A stretch of 63,880 nucleotides of DNA, counting the filler, from Collodictyon triciliatum (lineage: Eukaryota): assembly GCA_043381765.1 (NCBI GenBank). It is 7 parts of 7 records of this genome, joined end to end, with 100 filler letters (N's around TTAATTAATTAA, not from the genome) between each part and the next. Parts side by side here need not be neighbours in the genome. Positions count along the whole stretch, not along the records: positions 28,845 to 39,048 come from JBHJMP010002755.1; positions 39,149 to 51,462 come from JBHJMP010002756.1; positions 51,563 to 61,764 come from JBHJMP010002757.1; 4 more parts are not named here. One strand, 5' to 3'. Shown here piece by piece: positions 38,085 through 58,919 of the stretch (its first letter is position 1; every line of letters begins with the position of its first letter). Both the position numbers and the translations under genes were made by a program. The notes under the pieces are model-generated. The model saw only the letters and a list, made by a program, of their open reading frames with translations. It searched no databases and had not been told where the DNA came from.

Positions 38085-38693
38085 TCAAATTGTTAAATTT
38101 TTTTTTTTGTGACTTTGTCCTTTTATTGGTATGTTTATGCTCATGTATTGTGTCAGAAAAAGTGTACTTACCAGGACTTCATACAACTGCAGTTTTTGGA
38201 GGGCGTCAGCAAAGCTCAGTGTCATTCCTTGGTATTCATCACAATTCGTGTTGTTCCACACAGAAAGTGTTGAGATACCGTATGGCGCCCTCTTTATGTT
38301 AATTATCCCTCCTCTCTCGATGTGAAGCTCCTTCAAACTCGTAAGTGCTCTGATTTGTGGTGGAAGCTCCTCGATCTGCATGCACCGTTTTCAGCGACTT
38401 TCTAATTTCAAGATAAAAAAAACAAACGGGATAAAAACATACCGGGTTGTCAAATACACTAAGTACATTGAGATCAGTCAAACACGATATTTGTTGTGGT
38501 AGTGATGACATCTGATTGCAACTAACACCGAGCTCTGTCAAACCAGTCAAGCTCGAAATTTCTGCTGGTAGTGATGACAGCTGATTGTAATAAACACTAA
38601 GCAATATGATACCAGTCAAACAAGATATTTGTGGAGGAAGCGATGACAACTGATTTCTATCAAGTTCCAATCTTTTCAGACTAGACAACAAGT
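32648..38693 (-). CDS. Roco protein: LRR-ROC GTPase-COR-TKL kinase, two putative SAM-like domains, C-terminal CaaX (CLLI); 5' end disrupted
   Basis: LRR exons 38690-36550. ROC: LLGEGNAGKTTL, ATDGI, IWDFGGQEEFQVTHPFFL, IAGTHQD. COR: ALKFLHDLGSVVWY..IIFLDPLFL. Kinase: AKGAYGRVY, VVK, HEDLKADN, DFG, GTANWQAPE. In-phase splices join COR to kinase (about 34590/34491) and kinase to the last exon 32854-32648. Confidence 0.88.
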
Positions 38694-39048
38694 AAAAGCC
38701 CCGCAAAAGAATACACCCGCCAAGCAGACAAGCAGCAACGGGGTCAAGGAAGCCAAGGCCAGGCAACAACGGAGTCCGCAAGACTCACAACAGATACGCG
38801 CATACAGTGACAGCGACGATGACATGGAAGGAAATCTCGGTTCCTCTTCAGAATCCTCGCACTCGAGCCCTCCACCGCCAACACCGGACAAGCCGCACAT
38901 CGCAAGACCCAAGAGCAGCGCATTTCCAAACCCCGAAAGAAATCACCCCTTAAACTACCCATTCAGACTGACGTGAATATGGTTAACATAGGAGGCCTCA
39001 AGGCAGTCTTCGTTACTTATCCGAAAGGATACTCCAAAGCGAAGGCAA
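38694..39048 (+). mobile_element. Foreign segment (possible retroelement ORF fragment) abutting the first visible Roco LRR exon
   Basis: LRR phase (LLSSLKRLEL) stops abruptly at about 38693; the adjacent DNA is C/A-rich and largely open on the opposite strand; no diagnostic motif. Confidence 0.3.
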
Positions 39049-39288
39049 NNNNNNNNNNNNNNNNNNNNNNNNNNNNNNNNNNNNNNNNNNNNTTAATTAA
39101 TTAANNNNNNNNNNNNNNNNNNNNNNNNNNNNNNNNNNNNNNNNNNNNTTCTCTTTCTCTTTCTCTTTCTCTTTCTCTTTCTCTTTCTCTTTCTCTTTCT
39201 CTTTCTCTTTCTCTTTCTCTTTCTCTTTCTCTTTCTCTTTCTCTTTCCAAGAGCACCGAGACCTTTGCCACATCTGCACATGCTGTAG

Positions 39289-39978
39289 ATCGTCATCAAC
39301 AACAACCCGCAGTGGGTCAAAGTGATCGACAAGGAAGGCCATGTGACCCACGTAGACTGGACGAATCACTACGAACTCATGAGAAAAGCCACAGGAACGT
39401 CATATCCGGGGTAACAACAACCGTCTCAGATTACCGGCATCAAAAAGAACAGAACATTCTCTCACGCCAAACAAAGAGAAGAGATGGAGAGGGAGAAAAG
39501 AAGAAAGAACTCAACTCGTAGCTTCAACCCCACCCAAAATATCATACAAACAAAGATTGCATACATTATTTTTTTCTATTTTTTTTATTTTTTTTACATT
39601 TCGGATGTTCTTGTTTACCTGTGCATACTCTGCGCCTTGTTCTGAGTGGGTATTGTCTGATTGCGCAGATATCTCATCCACGAGTCGGCGTATTGGCATC
39701 CGCACAACTCCAAGTGGTACTTCCTCCCCAGACGAGCAAGGTGAGACCCCCTCGCAGATTGATCAATAGCCGCAATCAGGTGATCACGCATCCGTGTGTG
39801 CTTCGTGTCATCTTCTCTCTCCCTCCCTCTCGTCCATACAGCTCAGAGCCGTACGACGACAAGCTGGATGAGAAGCGGGGGACAAACATCATGCTTGCCA
39901 TCAATGAGAACTTCCAGTTTGTGAAAGTATCGCGCATCGGGGTGAGTCTGCAGCCGAATTAGGAGACAGAAAACATCG

Positions 39979-40009
<31 letters not shown>

Positions 40010-40552
40010 AATGAAAAATGATGGCGACATCTCTCAACTCTTGCAGGAAGTCATCCCCACACACGGATTCTCAACATTCAAGTTTGTCCCCGGCCACGAC
40101 GAAGAAATCATCGCTTTGAAGTCCGAGGAAGACGGCGACAACATTCGAACATGTATTCTTTACAACTCATCGTGCTTGATTTGTTTTATTTGGTTGCACC
40201 ACTCAAAATGAAGACACCGCCATTCAAATAACAGTAATAATGCATAAGCACGCGTCACCATTGATATCATCTCTGGCATACTTTTCTTTTTCTTCTGCTT
40301 CTGCATTCTTCATGATGATGATGATGATGATGACAATGATGGTTACACGTGTCCGTGTATCACAACTAATCACCCGTACGTCCCTTCAGTCATCGCTGTG
40401 TTCAACGTGAAAGGAGAGACGCTTATGCCCGAAACCCTCATCGCAAACGTCAAGTAAGCCGCGCACCCATACCCATTCAGCACAAAAGACGCCATCCCGG
40501 CACAAACTCACTCCCCACACAAAACAGGTATGAAGGACTGGAATTCCTATAA
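39289..40552 (+). CDS. CANT1: Calcium-activated nucleotidase / apyrase (CANT1 family), 5'-partial, 6 visible exons
   Basis: NNNPQWVKVIDKEGHVTHVDWTNHY, GYLIHESAYW..WYFLPRRAS, YDDKLDEKRGTN, PTHGFSTFKFVPGHDEEIIALKSEED, PETLIANVKYEGLEFL*. Confidence 0.92.
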
Positions 40553-40913
40553 TGCGCCGAGCGCACTCCGAAATTTGCAACACCATTTGGGCCGCCCTTT
40601 CTCTGCTTTCCTTTCTTTCTTTTCCATCGCTGCTGCAGCATTCCTTTTTGAAACTCTCATCAAAATAAAAAAAAAAAAGGATAAACATATTATTTTTTTG
40701 CGTTAAAAGAGAATGAAGGATGAAGAGAAGAAGCAGAATCAGACACCTTTCACACCACGAGTACACTCGCATCTACCAACATGCACACAGAAAATGAATG
40801 AATGAATGAATAGCAGAAGAAAAGAGCAAGCGAAAAAGACGACATCTGATTTAATGACTTGCAGGAGAGAACAGCATCACAGGCCCGCCCTTGGGCAAAG
40901 AAGCTGGCCAAAG

Positions 40914-48970
<8,057 letters not shown>

Positions 48971-49295
48971 CAGAGACAACTTCAGAGTTCGTCTTTGCCC
49001 CTCTGTTCTTTTCTTTTATGTCTTTATTTTAGTCATTACTTCTTGCAGCATCCAGATCACAAGACAAACCGAAGCCAACCAAGCAAAGCAGAAAGGGATA
49101 ACAGCTAAAAACATCGTTCTGGTGGCTCACTCGAAAGTTCAATGCGTCTTCAAATAAAACCAAAATAAAAGTTGCTTGAGAAATAGGTCGGCATTTGTTG
49201 GCGAGATGACTTCCTCTAAGAAACAACCTCCGCCATGGGACGGACAGATCATCCCGCCTTATCTGTTGAGGCGCGAAGCCTGCTACAGCTTTTTT

Positions 49296-49349
<54 letters not shown>

Positions 49350-49351
49350 TN

Positions 49352-49399
<48 letters not shown>

Positions 49400-49692
49400 C
49401 GCAGCTTTAGCGACTTAAAATGGCCTGTGTGTCGGCGAAAAATCTGCTAACGAAGAAAAGTCGCCATCCAACACCAGATCCAAACAGGCAAGCTGATTCT
49501 GTCGTTCTTTTTTGAATATTTAAATCTTCAAGTGCGCGCATTTAAAAAAGCACGAAAGTATATTTTGTAACTACAACATAGATGAATAGATACAAATTAT
49601 ATTTTTACCTTGGATCCAATAAATTTACTTTGAAAGATTAGCGGCTTGAGCAGTAAATTCCACAAATAATTCATGGTGGCGGCAAAATAAAT

Positions 49693-49765
49693 CGCCCACC
49701 GTGGGGCTCGAACCCACGACCGTGAGGTTAAGAGCCTCACGCTCTACCGACTGAGCTAGACGGGC
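49693..49765 (-). tRNA. tRNA-Lys (anticodon CTT)
   Basis: GCCCGTCTAGCTCAGTCGGTAGAGCGTGAGGCTCTTAACCTCACGGTCGTGGGTTCGAGCCCCACGGTGGGCG; 73 nt, complete cloverleaf, A and B boxes. Confidence 0.97.
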
Positions 49766-49801
49766 TACCTTGTTAACTTGAAGAAAACATAGTAAAATAT
49801 T

Positions 49802-50130
49802 CACATAATTAATCCACATAATTAATCCACATAATTAATCCACGTAATTAATCCACATAATTAATCCACGTAATTAATCCACATAACTAATCCACATAAT
49901 TAATCCACATAATTAATCCACATAATTAATCTACATAATTAATCCACATAATTAATCCACATAATTAATCCACGTAATTAATCCACATAATTAATCCACA
50001 TAATTAATCCACATAGTAATTAATGTACATAATTAATACACATAATTAATTAATCTACATAGTAATTAATGTACATAATTAATACACACAATCAATACAC
50101 ATAATTAATACACATAATTAATCTACATAA
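49802..50130. repeat. 13-bp minisatellite (CACATAATTAATC)n just upstream of the tRNA
   Basis: Tandem copies seen directly, degenerating toward 50130. Confidence 0.95.
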
Positions 50131-50275
50131 TTCAATTCGTTTCCTTTTTTTTTCCTCGCCTGGTTCTCGTTTAATGCTTCCTCTGCCACCGCTCCGTTCT
50201 TTTGATTTTTTTATAAGATTATTATTCTTTCATCAGGAATAATTTCAATAGCTGCACCGTGCACGATATCTTGTC

Positions 50276-51200
50276 TCAATGCACATGGTCCACATTCTGC
50301 TTGAGCTGTGGATGTGTTTCGATGACCAAGTCGCAGCGAACACACAAGTCTTCATTGGCTGTCTTTGCGACCACTTCCGCCGGCTCATAATGCTTCCAGC
50401 ACCGGGCACATTTCGACCCACCGGCTGGCCCAACTGCGATATAGACTGAGGTTGTGCTACCTATTGTGCAAATGATTTTAATTTAATTATGTTTTATGTT
50501 TTATGTTTTATGTTTTTGCTATGAAATCAAGGATGAATTTTTAATATATGCCGGAAGTCAGTGTATTTGCATGAGGTAAGCAGAATCCGTATTCGCACCG
50601 TCTGATGTTTGTACGGGAATTCGGTCGTCTTTTTTGCCGTCGATGTTCGAAGAAGCATTGTCAGGGTCGCCGAAGACAACATCAACACCTGTTTGCGAAC
50701 AAGTTAGATTTAATTAAAAAAACCTGGAAAAAATGTGTAAAAAAATTTAAAGAAAAAACCAAATGTGCAAAATTGAAATAATTCATGATTATTTTGAACT
50801 GTGTTGACAATATGTTTGGTGTGTGTTTGTGGGTAAGTTGTGCTCTTAAAACGCGGTTATTCATCTTAAAAAGATAAGATTGTATTTGGAAAAGGGAGAG
50901 TATTGTGCGAAATTGAATTAATAGGATTTGCGGCGGTCTAATGCGATGGATAGTGCTCACTTGATGCATTAAAGGACTCCTGAACTGAATCGTAATCGAT
51001 TCGCGAAAGGGATTTCTGAATCTCAGAATTTGTAGGGATACAAATAAACACTTTTGCTTCAATTGAACCTCCTATTGTCCTACAAATCCAGAATAAGTCA
51101 ATGAACGAAAAAATAAATTTGATTACATAGCGGTAATATATATTATGTCCCTATAGACCCAAGAATGGACGAAGGCTAATCTTTCCTTTTACTCTGATAA
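50276..51200 (-). CDS. IARS2: C-terminal exons of a bacterial/mitochondrial-type isoleucyl-tRNA synthetase (5' part lost at the spacer)
   Basis: Last exon 50445-50276 encodes AVGPAGGSKCARCWKH..EDLCVRCDLVI, the type-1 IleRS C-terminal zinc finger; the preceding exon begins VLMLSSATL; further exons approximate. Confidence 0.7.
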
Positions 51201-51562
51201 ATCATTATTTAAAAACAGATTGAAAGGATGAATAAGAAACCCTTTTTTTTAAAAAAAAAAATGCTTGTTACAGGATAAAGAGTTTTAAGGGTCTATGAGA
51301 TTAACGATAAATATCTCTGTTTTTGTTTTTGTTTTTGTTTCTGTTTCTGTTTCTGTTTTGGTTTCTATTTCTATTTCTATTTCTATTTCTATTTCTATTT
51401 CTATTTCTATTTCTATTTCTATTTCTATTTCTATTTCTATTTCTATTTCTATTTCTATTTCTNNNNNNNNNNNNNNNNNNNNNNNNNNNNNNNNNNNNNN
51501 NNNNNNTTAATTAATTAANNNNNNNNNNNNNNNNNNNNNNNNNNNNNNNNNNNNNNNNNNNN

Positions 51563-52770
51563 CGAGATGGCTTCTGGTAGTGATGTGAGCTTCATTCCTT
51601 GCAGGCTCAAAGACAAAAATCTGACTTGTACCTCGCTTGGCCTCCATCTTTCCATCGTCACAGAATTAATCTGTTTGTATTGTTTAAATATTGAATTCTA
51701 GAGACATTTTCTACACTGGTTACCGTGTCATATAGCTCTATTGCAAGTATAGGCTTGTGGGGCATGTAATCTGCTTTCTTCCAGAGAGGGAGATTAGTGA
51801 TTCCCCGTGGCGCCCTTTGGATGTTTGTGTATATCTCATTTCCCATCAGAATCACATTTAAATTACTAAGAGCTGTGATGTGTGGTGGAAGCTCCTCTAT
51901 CTGCGTTGTTTGATATATTTCAATAATGTGCAATATTTTTAAAATAAAAAAGAAAAAAGCTTACATTTTTAAATTATATAATTCCAAACCATGTTGTGTC
52001 GTAAACATATGCGATGCAGATTTGTCAGACATGATACTTCCAGTGATATGTATGATAGCTGATTATCTAATAAATCGAACTCGCAGAGACCAGTCAAACA
52101 GGATATTTGAGGAGAAAGGTATGATAACCGATTGGCTATCATACCAAGCTTACATTGGGCAGTTAAGCACGATATTTCTGCTGGAGGAGATGAGAACCAA
52201 TATCTCGAAACACCTTATTCAGTTAGTGCACTGAAGCAGGATAACACTGGTGGGAAGAACGGTATTTTATTGGTGGAAACTTTTAAAACTAAGAGTGCAT
52301 TTAAGGAGGACGTATCTGGCGGTAGGAATGCAACTTTGTTGTCTTCTATATTGATGTGAGTGTTGCCAAGTATGATATCTGTGGTGGTAGAGTCGACATA
52401 TCATTAAAATTTACATCCAATTTTTTGAGAAGTGTCAAATACGATATTTCAGAGGGTATTGATCTAATCTCATAACGACTTTTGTTTAATTAAGTAAGGT
52501 TCGTTAGGCGTGATATCTGTGGATGTATGAACGATACTTGATTGAATTCGAGACAAAAAAATTTTCACGCCAGTAAATAAATAGTCTCCGAGAAGAATGG
52601 AAGTCAATTTTTTTTACTTCATATTCATTTTCGAGTATGTTCGGAGCGCATTGAGAACCGTATGTCTTGTAAAAGTTTCCGTAACTCTTCGAGATAGACC
52701 GGGTCGTCGGACATGGCGATGGTCGAAGACAGCGCACGTTTTGTGAATTATTCTGGGAAAGCGCCACTAA
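51563..52770 (-). pseudogene. LRR pseudogene fragment paralogous to the N-terminal LRR region of the Roco gene
   Basis: IEELPPHITALSNL..NIQRAPRGI mirrors the Roco exon IEELPPQIRALTSL..NIKRAPYGI; upstream LRRs (IPSEISYLTLL, LPPQISYL, PPAEISCLT, SPQISCLTGL) carry frameshifts and stops. Confidence 0.75.
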
Positions 52771-54470
52771 GTATAGGCCTCTGGATAATTGTTTCTTAAA
52801 TGCTTTTTTTCTTATTTTTATTGTTCTTGTGTTTTTGTTTTTCGTTTTTCCGAGATAGAAAAAGGTGACGTTTTTTCAAGCCCAAGCCGAAATATCGGTT
52901 GGTGTAACTCCGAAAAAAAAAACGGGATATTGCCGCGAAGGAGATGAAAATAGTGCGATGGCAAAATGTGTAAATCAGTACAAATCTTGGTTTATCTCAA
53001 GCAAGTGTTTCTGCCTTTATTTATATCTTTCACTTCATCAGCATTTCAAGAGTCAATAGAGGCAGAACTAACTCAGCCAGATAGTCACTCGCGCGATTAG
53101 AAAAACCATTATCCTTCTGATTTCTCTAAAGCGGAGGAGCATTTGACCAGCTTCGTTTAAAGCCCCCCAAAAACAAACAATTAGAACTTTACTGAGTTAT
53201 CCGCAGGGTGGTTGCACAACTTTACCATCCAAAATGATGAAAAAATAAACGTATACAAGGAAATCTCACAAAATATATGCAGGTGTACTAATGTTCTATG
53301 AAAAGGAGGCCTCAAGGAAACTACTTCCCCTTTACTTTACATTTGATTATCTTACAAAAATAGGGTTGATAAAAGATAAAAGAGTTCATAGCCAACCCAG
53401 CTTTATATCTGGTTTGAAGGCCCACGAAATATTCATAACTTAATCAGGAGATGAGTTAATACAGCAGCGTGAATATATTTTAAAAAAAGTAGATGTCTCA
53501 TTCGGAACTTTACTTTTAAATCAATGAATTATGGCTTGATAAATCTTCTTAAATATACGAAGATTATTTTAAACACAAAATTTCAAGATTTAGGAATAAT
53601 CCACAAGAAGGAGAGAATAGAAATGAATTCAATTTAATTATTTATGTTTCTTCAAAAGAGTATAAAAAGATTCATCATATATAATTGAGCAAACGATTAA
53701 ATTATTGATTTTGAGTAACGTTTATTTGGTGATATTATTTCGGTGAGAATATTCAAATCAATCGCGCACATACGCAAATTTATTTGATGTATGATTTATC
53801 AGTAATGCAGGCCTTATCTTTTAATAACTCATAAAGAAAAAATAATCAAACAAAAGCATGTATAAATGATGGACTCTGATGGGTTGATGTACCCACACTA
53901 ACTACATAGTTGCCCTTTTCCTGAAAATATAACACATACATAAAATTATCATTAATGGGCAAACAAGAATGTTTAATTCTCTATCTTTTTTAAAAATATA
54001 AGTATGCACTGGGCAGTCAGCAGAAAACTTTTTTTGCGAGATAGAAAGTCACTATTGGCTCGGCATCCAAGTGCACCGTTTTTTTATTTCTTTTTTCAAA
54101 CTGTGTTTTGAACAATGTTTGAATCAAAGCGAGCTATCTGTTTCACTTTAAAAAATTTTTTGCTATAGAGGATACCAGCAGATGTATATTCTTTCAGGTC
54201 GGTATATCTGAAAACCATTCCGGCTCAACCACTGCACAAAGTTTTTTTTAAAAAAAAACAAATAAATTAGTGTTGCTGGTGAAACACATCCACTCGATTC
54301 TGCCATGCAATCCAGAATAAAATACGCTAATTCAAATACTTTGGATGTAATAAAGGGAAAACGATCCCACGGATTCAAATGAAACGGAAAGATGTATGTT
54401 TGCTTGTGGCATGACGTCAAACGGACTTCCCACCCTCTTGACAGCAAAGAGAAGCGCGGCAGAGACAGAC

Positions 54471-54541
<71 letters not shown>

Positions 54542-55497
54542 CATGTGCTGCGGTACAAAATCCATGGTACTTTTGTAAGTTCGTGTGTTCCCAATTTTTG
54601 CCTGTTGCAGAAAACGGACGCACCACAAAAGCCGGATTCAGATTTTTCTCTCTTCTCGGCACAAAGAATCCTCTGGTAAGCGGATGCAGATTCAAACCAG
54701 ACAGACGGTGACTTTCTGTTCGTTTGTTGCTGTTCGGCTGCCTCAAAGGCAAAAAGAACAGAAGCCGAGCCGCAACGACCGCCAAGCAGCAAAACAAAGA
54801 ATACTAGCTAACTATACATGAAAAGGAAAACAGATGAAATAATACTATGTAATATTGGGGGATTTTTTTTGTTGTGACGGTGCTGTTTATTCGCTAACTC
54901 TTTCTCTGCGTCTGCTTCTTCAATCACTTGCTATGATCTGCTTATATGGGGCACGTGATCGCTGGGCCGATCCGTCTTGTCCAGCCTAAGAAAAAAAACA
55001 TATGCTTTTTCTCGATGCTGATCAGAGCGATCAGAGCTTCATTCTTCTCATTCCGTTTATTTTTTGAACCTTGTTTGTGTCTGTTTGATCGCGTTGCCTT
55101 CCGATTTCTTTTTTCCAACAAAGCTGTTTCAGACTCGAATCAACCACCTGCCTCAAGGGCGTCCTCTCTCTCTCTCTATATATATATATATATGTTTGGT
55201 TTCAAGTGAAGTAGAGGACATCAGCTAGCGAAATCTTATCATGCCCAACCCTCGTCATCCCGCAGGATAAGGAAAACGATTAGGAAACAGAACTCTGCGG
55301 TAGGAGCTTGAGCATCAAAAGAGAAGTTTCGCATCGAAAAGGAAAAAGCCTGTCAGATCACTTTCCTATAGCTTCTTGTGAGAACCCTTATATTAATAAT
55401 ACTACATTCAATCATGACGTAAAACAAAATAATACTAAACAAACTCTAAAAAAAAAAATAGTAGTTGTCCATAACTATACCCTCTTTGACCAGCAGA

Positions 55498-57188
55498 ATG
55501 TCGACTTTTGGGCTGCGCCGGAATGACAAACGTCGCGGAAGCGCACCGATCGCCTCTGCAACACCCGAGCAATTGCAGTCTTTCGCCAGTAAACTGAAAG
55601 CGCCTCAGGACGACTCTGCGAGCTCATCTTCTCGAAAGTGTTTGTCTTCCTCGCCCGATCTATCCTCCAGCACAGCTGCTGCTTTTGCTACTGATGACGA
55701 TCTGGAATATGCAAAGAGCATCACCCATAGAAAAGTATGTATCACATTATTATTTTTGTGAACTGTTTAGTTCCTGCATGTATTGTATTTGTATTTGTAT
55801 TTGTATTTGTATTTGTATTTGTATTTGTATTGTATTTGTATTTNNNNNNNNNNNNNNNNNNNNNNNNNNNNNNNNNNNNNNNNNNNNNNNNNNNNNNNTA
55901 TTGTATTGTATTGTATTGTATTGTATTGTATTGTATTGTATTGTATTGTATTGTATTTTCAGTAGTTACCTAAAATATGCTTCAATTAGAATATGACGCA
56001 AGCTTCGAAATCTATAAAGACTACACTTGAGAATTCTGGTTCCTCTCGTATGAATCCCCTTGAAAAAGGCTCAGCAACCGTAAGTTGACGACTTACACAC
56101 TTACCTTTACCCACTCACACAACATATTTTTTGAATAAATCTCAAAGATACTGTTGGTAATTTAAGTGTTGTATATTAAGAAAAGCCTGAAACAAACGAA
56201 TTTCTGTAAATTGGTAGAAGGTGAATGCTGCGTCCAGTTTTTCAACCATTGAAGAAAGAATTGCGAAGCTGGAGGACTGTATCGGCACGGCTACTCTTGT
56301 GCGTAACGTTTTTTTTTTTTTTTTGTGTGTAGATGTGATGTATCCATCGCTCATGGCCTTGTAAATTTAGCCTGAAGGTGTGTCCAACTATCACGACTTG
56401 GCATCTGGGCTCCACGAAAAACTCACCCTGATAGCAGACCCGAGTCGGTTGGATACTCTGAAACAAAGGTTGACTCCACTGATAGCACAGCTGGAAACTC
56501 TAGCAAAAACCCGAGCTGTCAGCCATAAATCTCCACAGGACATTGACGCCCGAGTACAATTTACTTATATTTGATCTTATCGACGCGAGACATATCGATG
56601 ACTATGGTCTTTTCTTCTCTTTATTCGATTCAACGTTATGAACCATTATGCTTATTAGTTTTACATTTCTCAATCCGTGATTTCCCTATCTCTCTCTCTC
56701 TTTTATGTCTGCATGTTTGATAAAATTGGTTCATTATCCCTCCATGATACGCTAATCTAGCACACACACTGTTTGCTTCATAGGTTATTCAAGCATTTGA
56801 AATTCTAGAGGCGTGGGAAAAGTACACCGATTCCCTCCCTATCCTCGTGCAGCGCCTGACTACCTTGCAAGACATCCATTCAAACGCAGCAAAAGTTGTT
56901 ACGCAAGTTGCAGAGATGGACCGCAAACACCAACAGTTGCACCAACTTCTCCAAGACAACCGCGCAGCTTTGAGTCAGGTTATCTTCCTTGTCCTATACG
57001 CAATCTCCTGACTGGCTCTCTACACCACCCACAAACTGTCGCAAGGCCATCTGAACAATACACTTTCGATATAGCTGTCTGTGTCCTTTCAAGAAAACGC
57101 CAGGCTGATGCAAGCAAACAGCGAGATTCTTGAGTCGCGGATGGAGAAAGTTCTTGTGCGCCTTGAGAAAGGCGCTTCCAATCAATAG
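55498..57188 (+). CDS. DCTN2: Dynamitin (dynactin subunit 2)-like protein, about 6 exons; conserved C-terminal half
   Basis: IEERIAKLEDCIG, LHEKLTLIADPSRLDTLKQRL, WEKYTDSLPILVQRLTTLQDIHSNA, FQENARLMQANSEILESRMEKV resemble dynamitin; GT-AG junctions; start codon uncertain. Confidence 0.72.
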
Positions 57189-57309
57189 AACACGGCTCTG
57201 CCTCTCCTTTCTTTCCCTCTCTGCCCTGCCCTTCTCTGATTGCAAGACCCTTGCGGCTGAGTCTCCCGGGATATATATTAAAGGAGCGTTCCTTGCGAGC
57301 AATCGTGCA

Positions 57310-57900
57310 AATCGCAGCTGTGTTGAGGTTAAGACTTTTTGCGAAGACTTTAAAGTGCTTGAATAAGATTGTATAACAGAGTTTCTCAATATCTCCAACA
57401 GAGAGCTGTGGATAGGTGCGCGTGTAGTCCATGCAGCAACGACCTCTCCAGAATGCACCATGTGCCATAATGGAGATGACTCTATCGAACACACATTTGT
57501 GAAGTGCACTCTTGCTCAAAAAAATGACAGAATCTACCCACAAGATGCTCTCTGAGCTTGATTATGCTCCCAACCGACTCAACGTGTCTGACATCCTGTT
57601 TGGCCCGCAATACCAAATGACCCACGACTCTAGAATACTCTGGACAGTCACAAGGGGACATATGCTGTGGTCCTAATGAAGTGTGCGTGCATTCTCTCGC
57701 TCTGATGATTCACCCGAATGAGAAATCAATGTATCCAGGCTTGAAAGCCTCGTGCAATACAGCCTCCTGAACAGCTTGCTGAAACACGCCCGCATTCTTT
57801 GCTACTCTGACCGCAAGCGAAGAGAGATGTGGGAATGTGTCGTGCGATATCTCCCACAGCATATCCAACCACTTTACCTACGCAACCAATAAACCATTTG
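57310..57900 (+). mobile_element. Non-LTR retrotransposon 3' fragment (zf-RVT-like), second copy, with frameshift and stops
   Basis: ECTMCHNGDDSIEHTFVKC (CX2C..HX4C); 57385-57703 homologous to 23149-23466. Confidence 0.7.
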
Positions 57901-58919
57901 GGCCGCTCACCTGACCAACTTGCTTACACTGATTTCTTTCCGGTGCTAGTCTCTTCGCAGTAGCGTTTTCCCTTACTCGCGTTTGCTCTCTCCCACACGC
58001 ACCCATCTTGCCCCTTTGTATGGCGTAACCTCGCTGCTTTTTGAATTGAATAACATGTGATCAAATCTGGATAGTAAAATTGATAGTAATTTTAGTTATC
58101 ATTAGATACATTTTGATTAATATAATACAAAAATTAATAATAATAATATAGAAATGTATGTATGAAAATTGGGACATTGTATAGAAATTCTGCAGAGGGT
58201 ATGAGACAAACACAAGAAAAATGTGAGGAAGGTACAAAGCGAGAAATCTAGGGGAATTCCGTTGTTTCCTTGTGATTTCGTGATTCAGAAAACTTGCGAA
58301 GCGGATAGCAAGCCATTTGTGGAAACAGTTCCGACGAATTTCCAGGATAAACGGATATCAAGCTGAACGCACACACGGAACCTGGTGACCAGTCCAGAAG
58401 CGGAAATTGCCAGGAGCTGAAGGGAGGAAGGTGTTCACGGAAGCGGCAAGACGCCTTAGCCCCTTCTGAGAAATTTCCGGAGCGAATCACACACCAACGC
58501 ACAAGCACAAACACCTAACGCATTTCCCACAACGCGTTCATTCAGTAGCTTGTCGATATCAGGCATCCACTAAACGGAACCGCCTCTAGATCAGACTACC
58601 GAAAGCCAACCAGAGGCAACTCATAAACCGAGGGGCAAAGCCACCCCAGGCAGCCCAGCACAAGAAGCAAGGCGAATTCCTGCCGCAGAAGGCGAAGCCC
58701 AGCAGACGAGCAGCCAAGGACTGACCCCACACCCACAGACGCGACCACCGCACACAGCCAGGGAGGCAACCCCCTCAACAGCACCCACACAGAGAGACCC
58801 GCGCCCGCATCGATGGACTCCGGACTGGATCGCCTGCCGACGATCCGCGTGAATCTGCCGAGCATCGGTGGGCAACGAAGCCAACGAACCACAGACGTTT
58901 AGACGTACCACAGACTAAC

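Noticed and set aside
52860-54821. Exon-like segments on the plus strand, including an ADVYSF kinase-like word near 54180
   Set aside because: No consistent gene model and no other kinase motifs found
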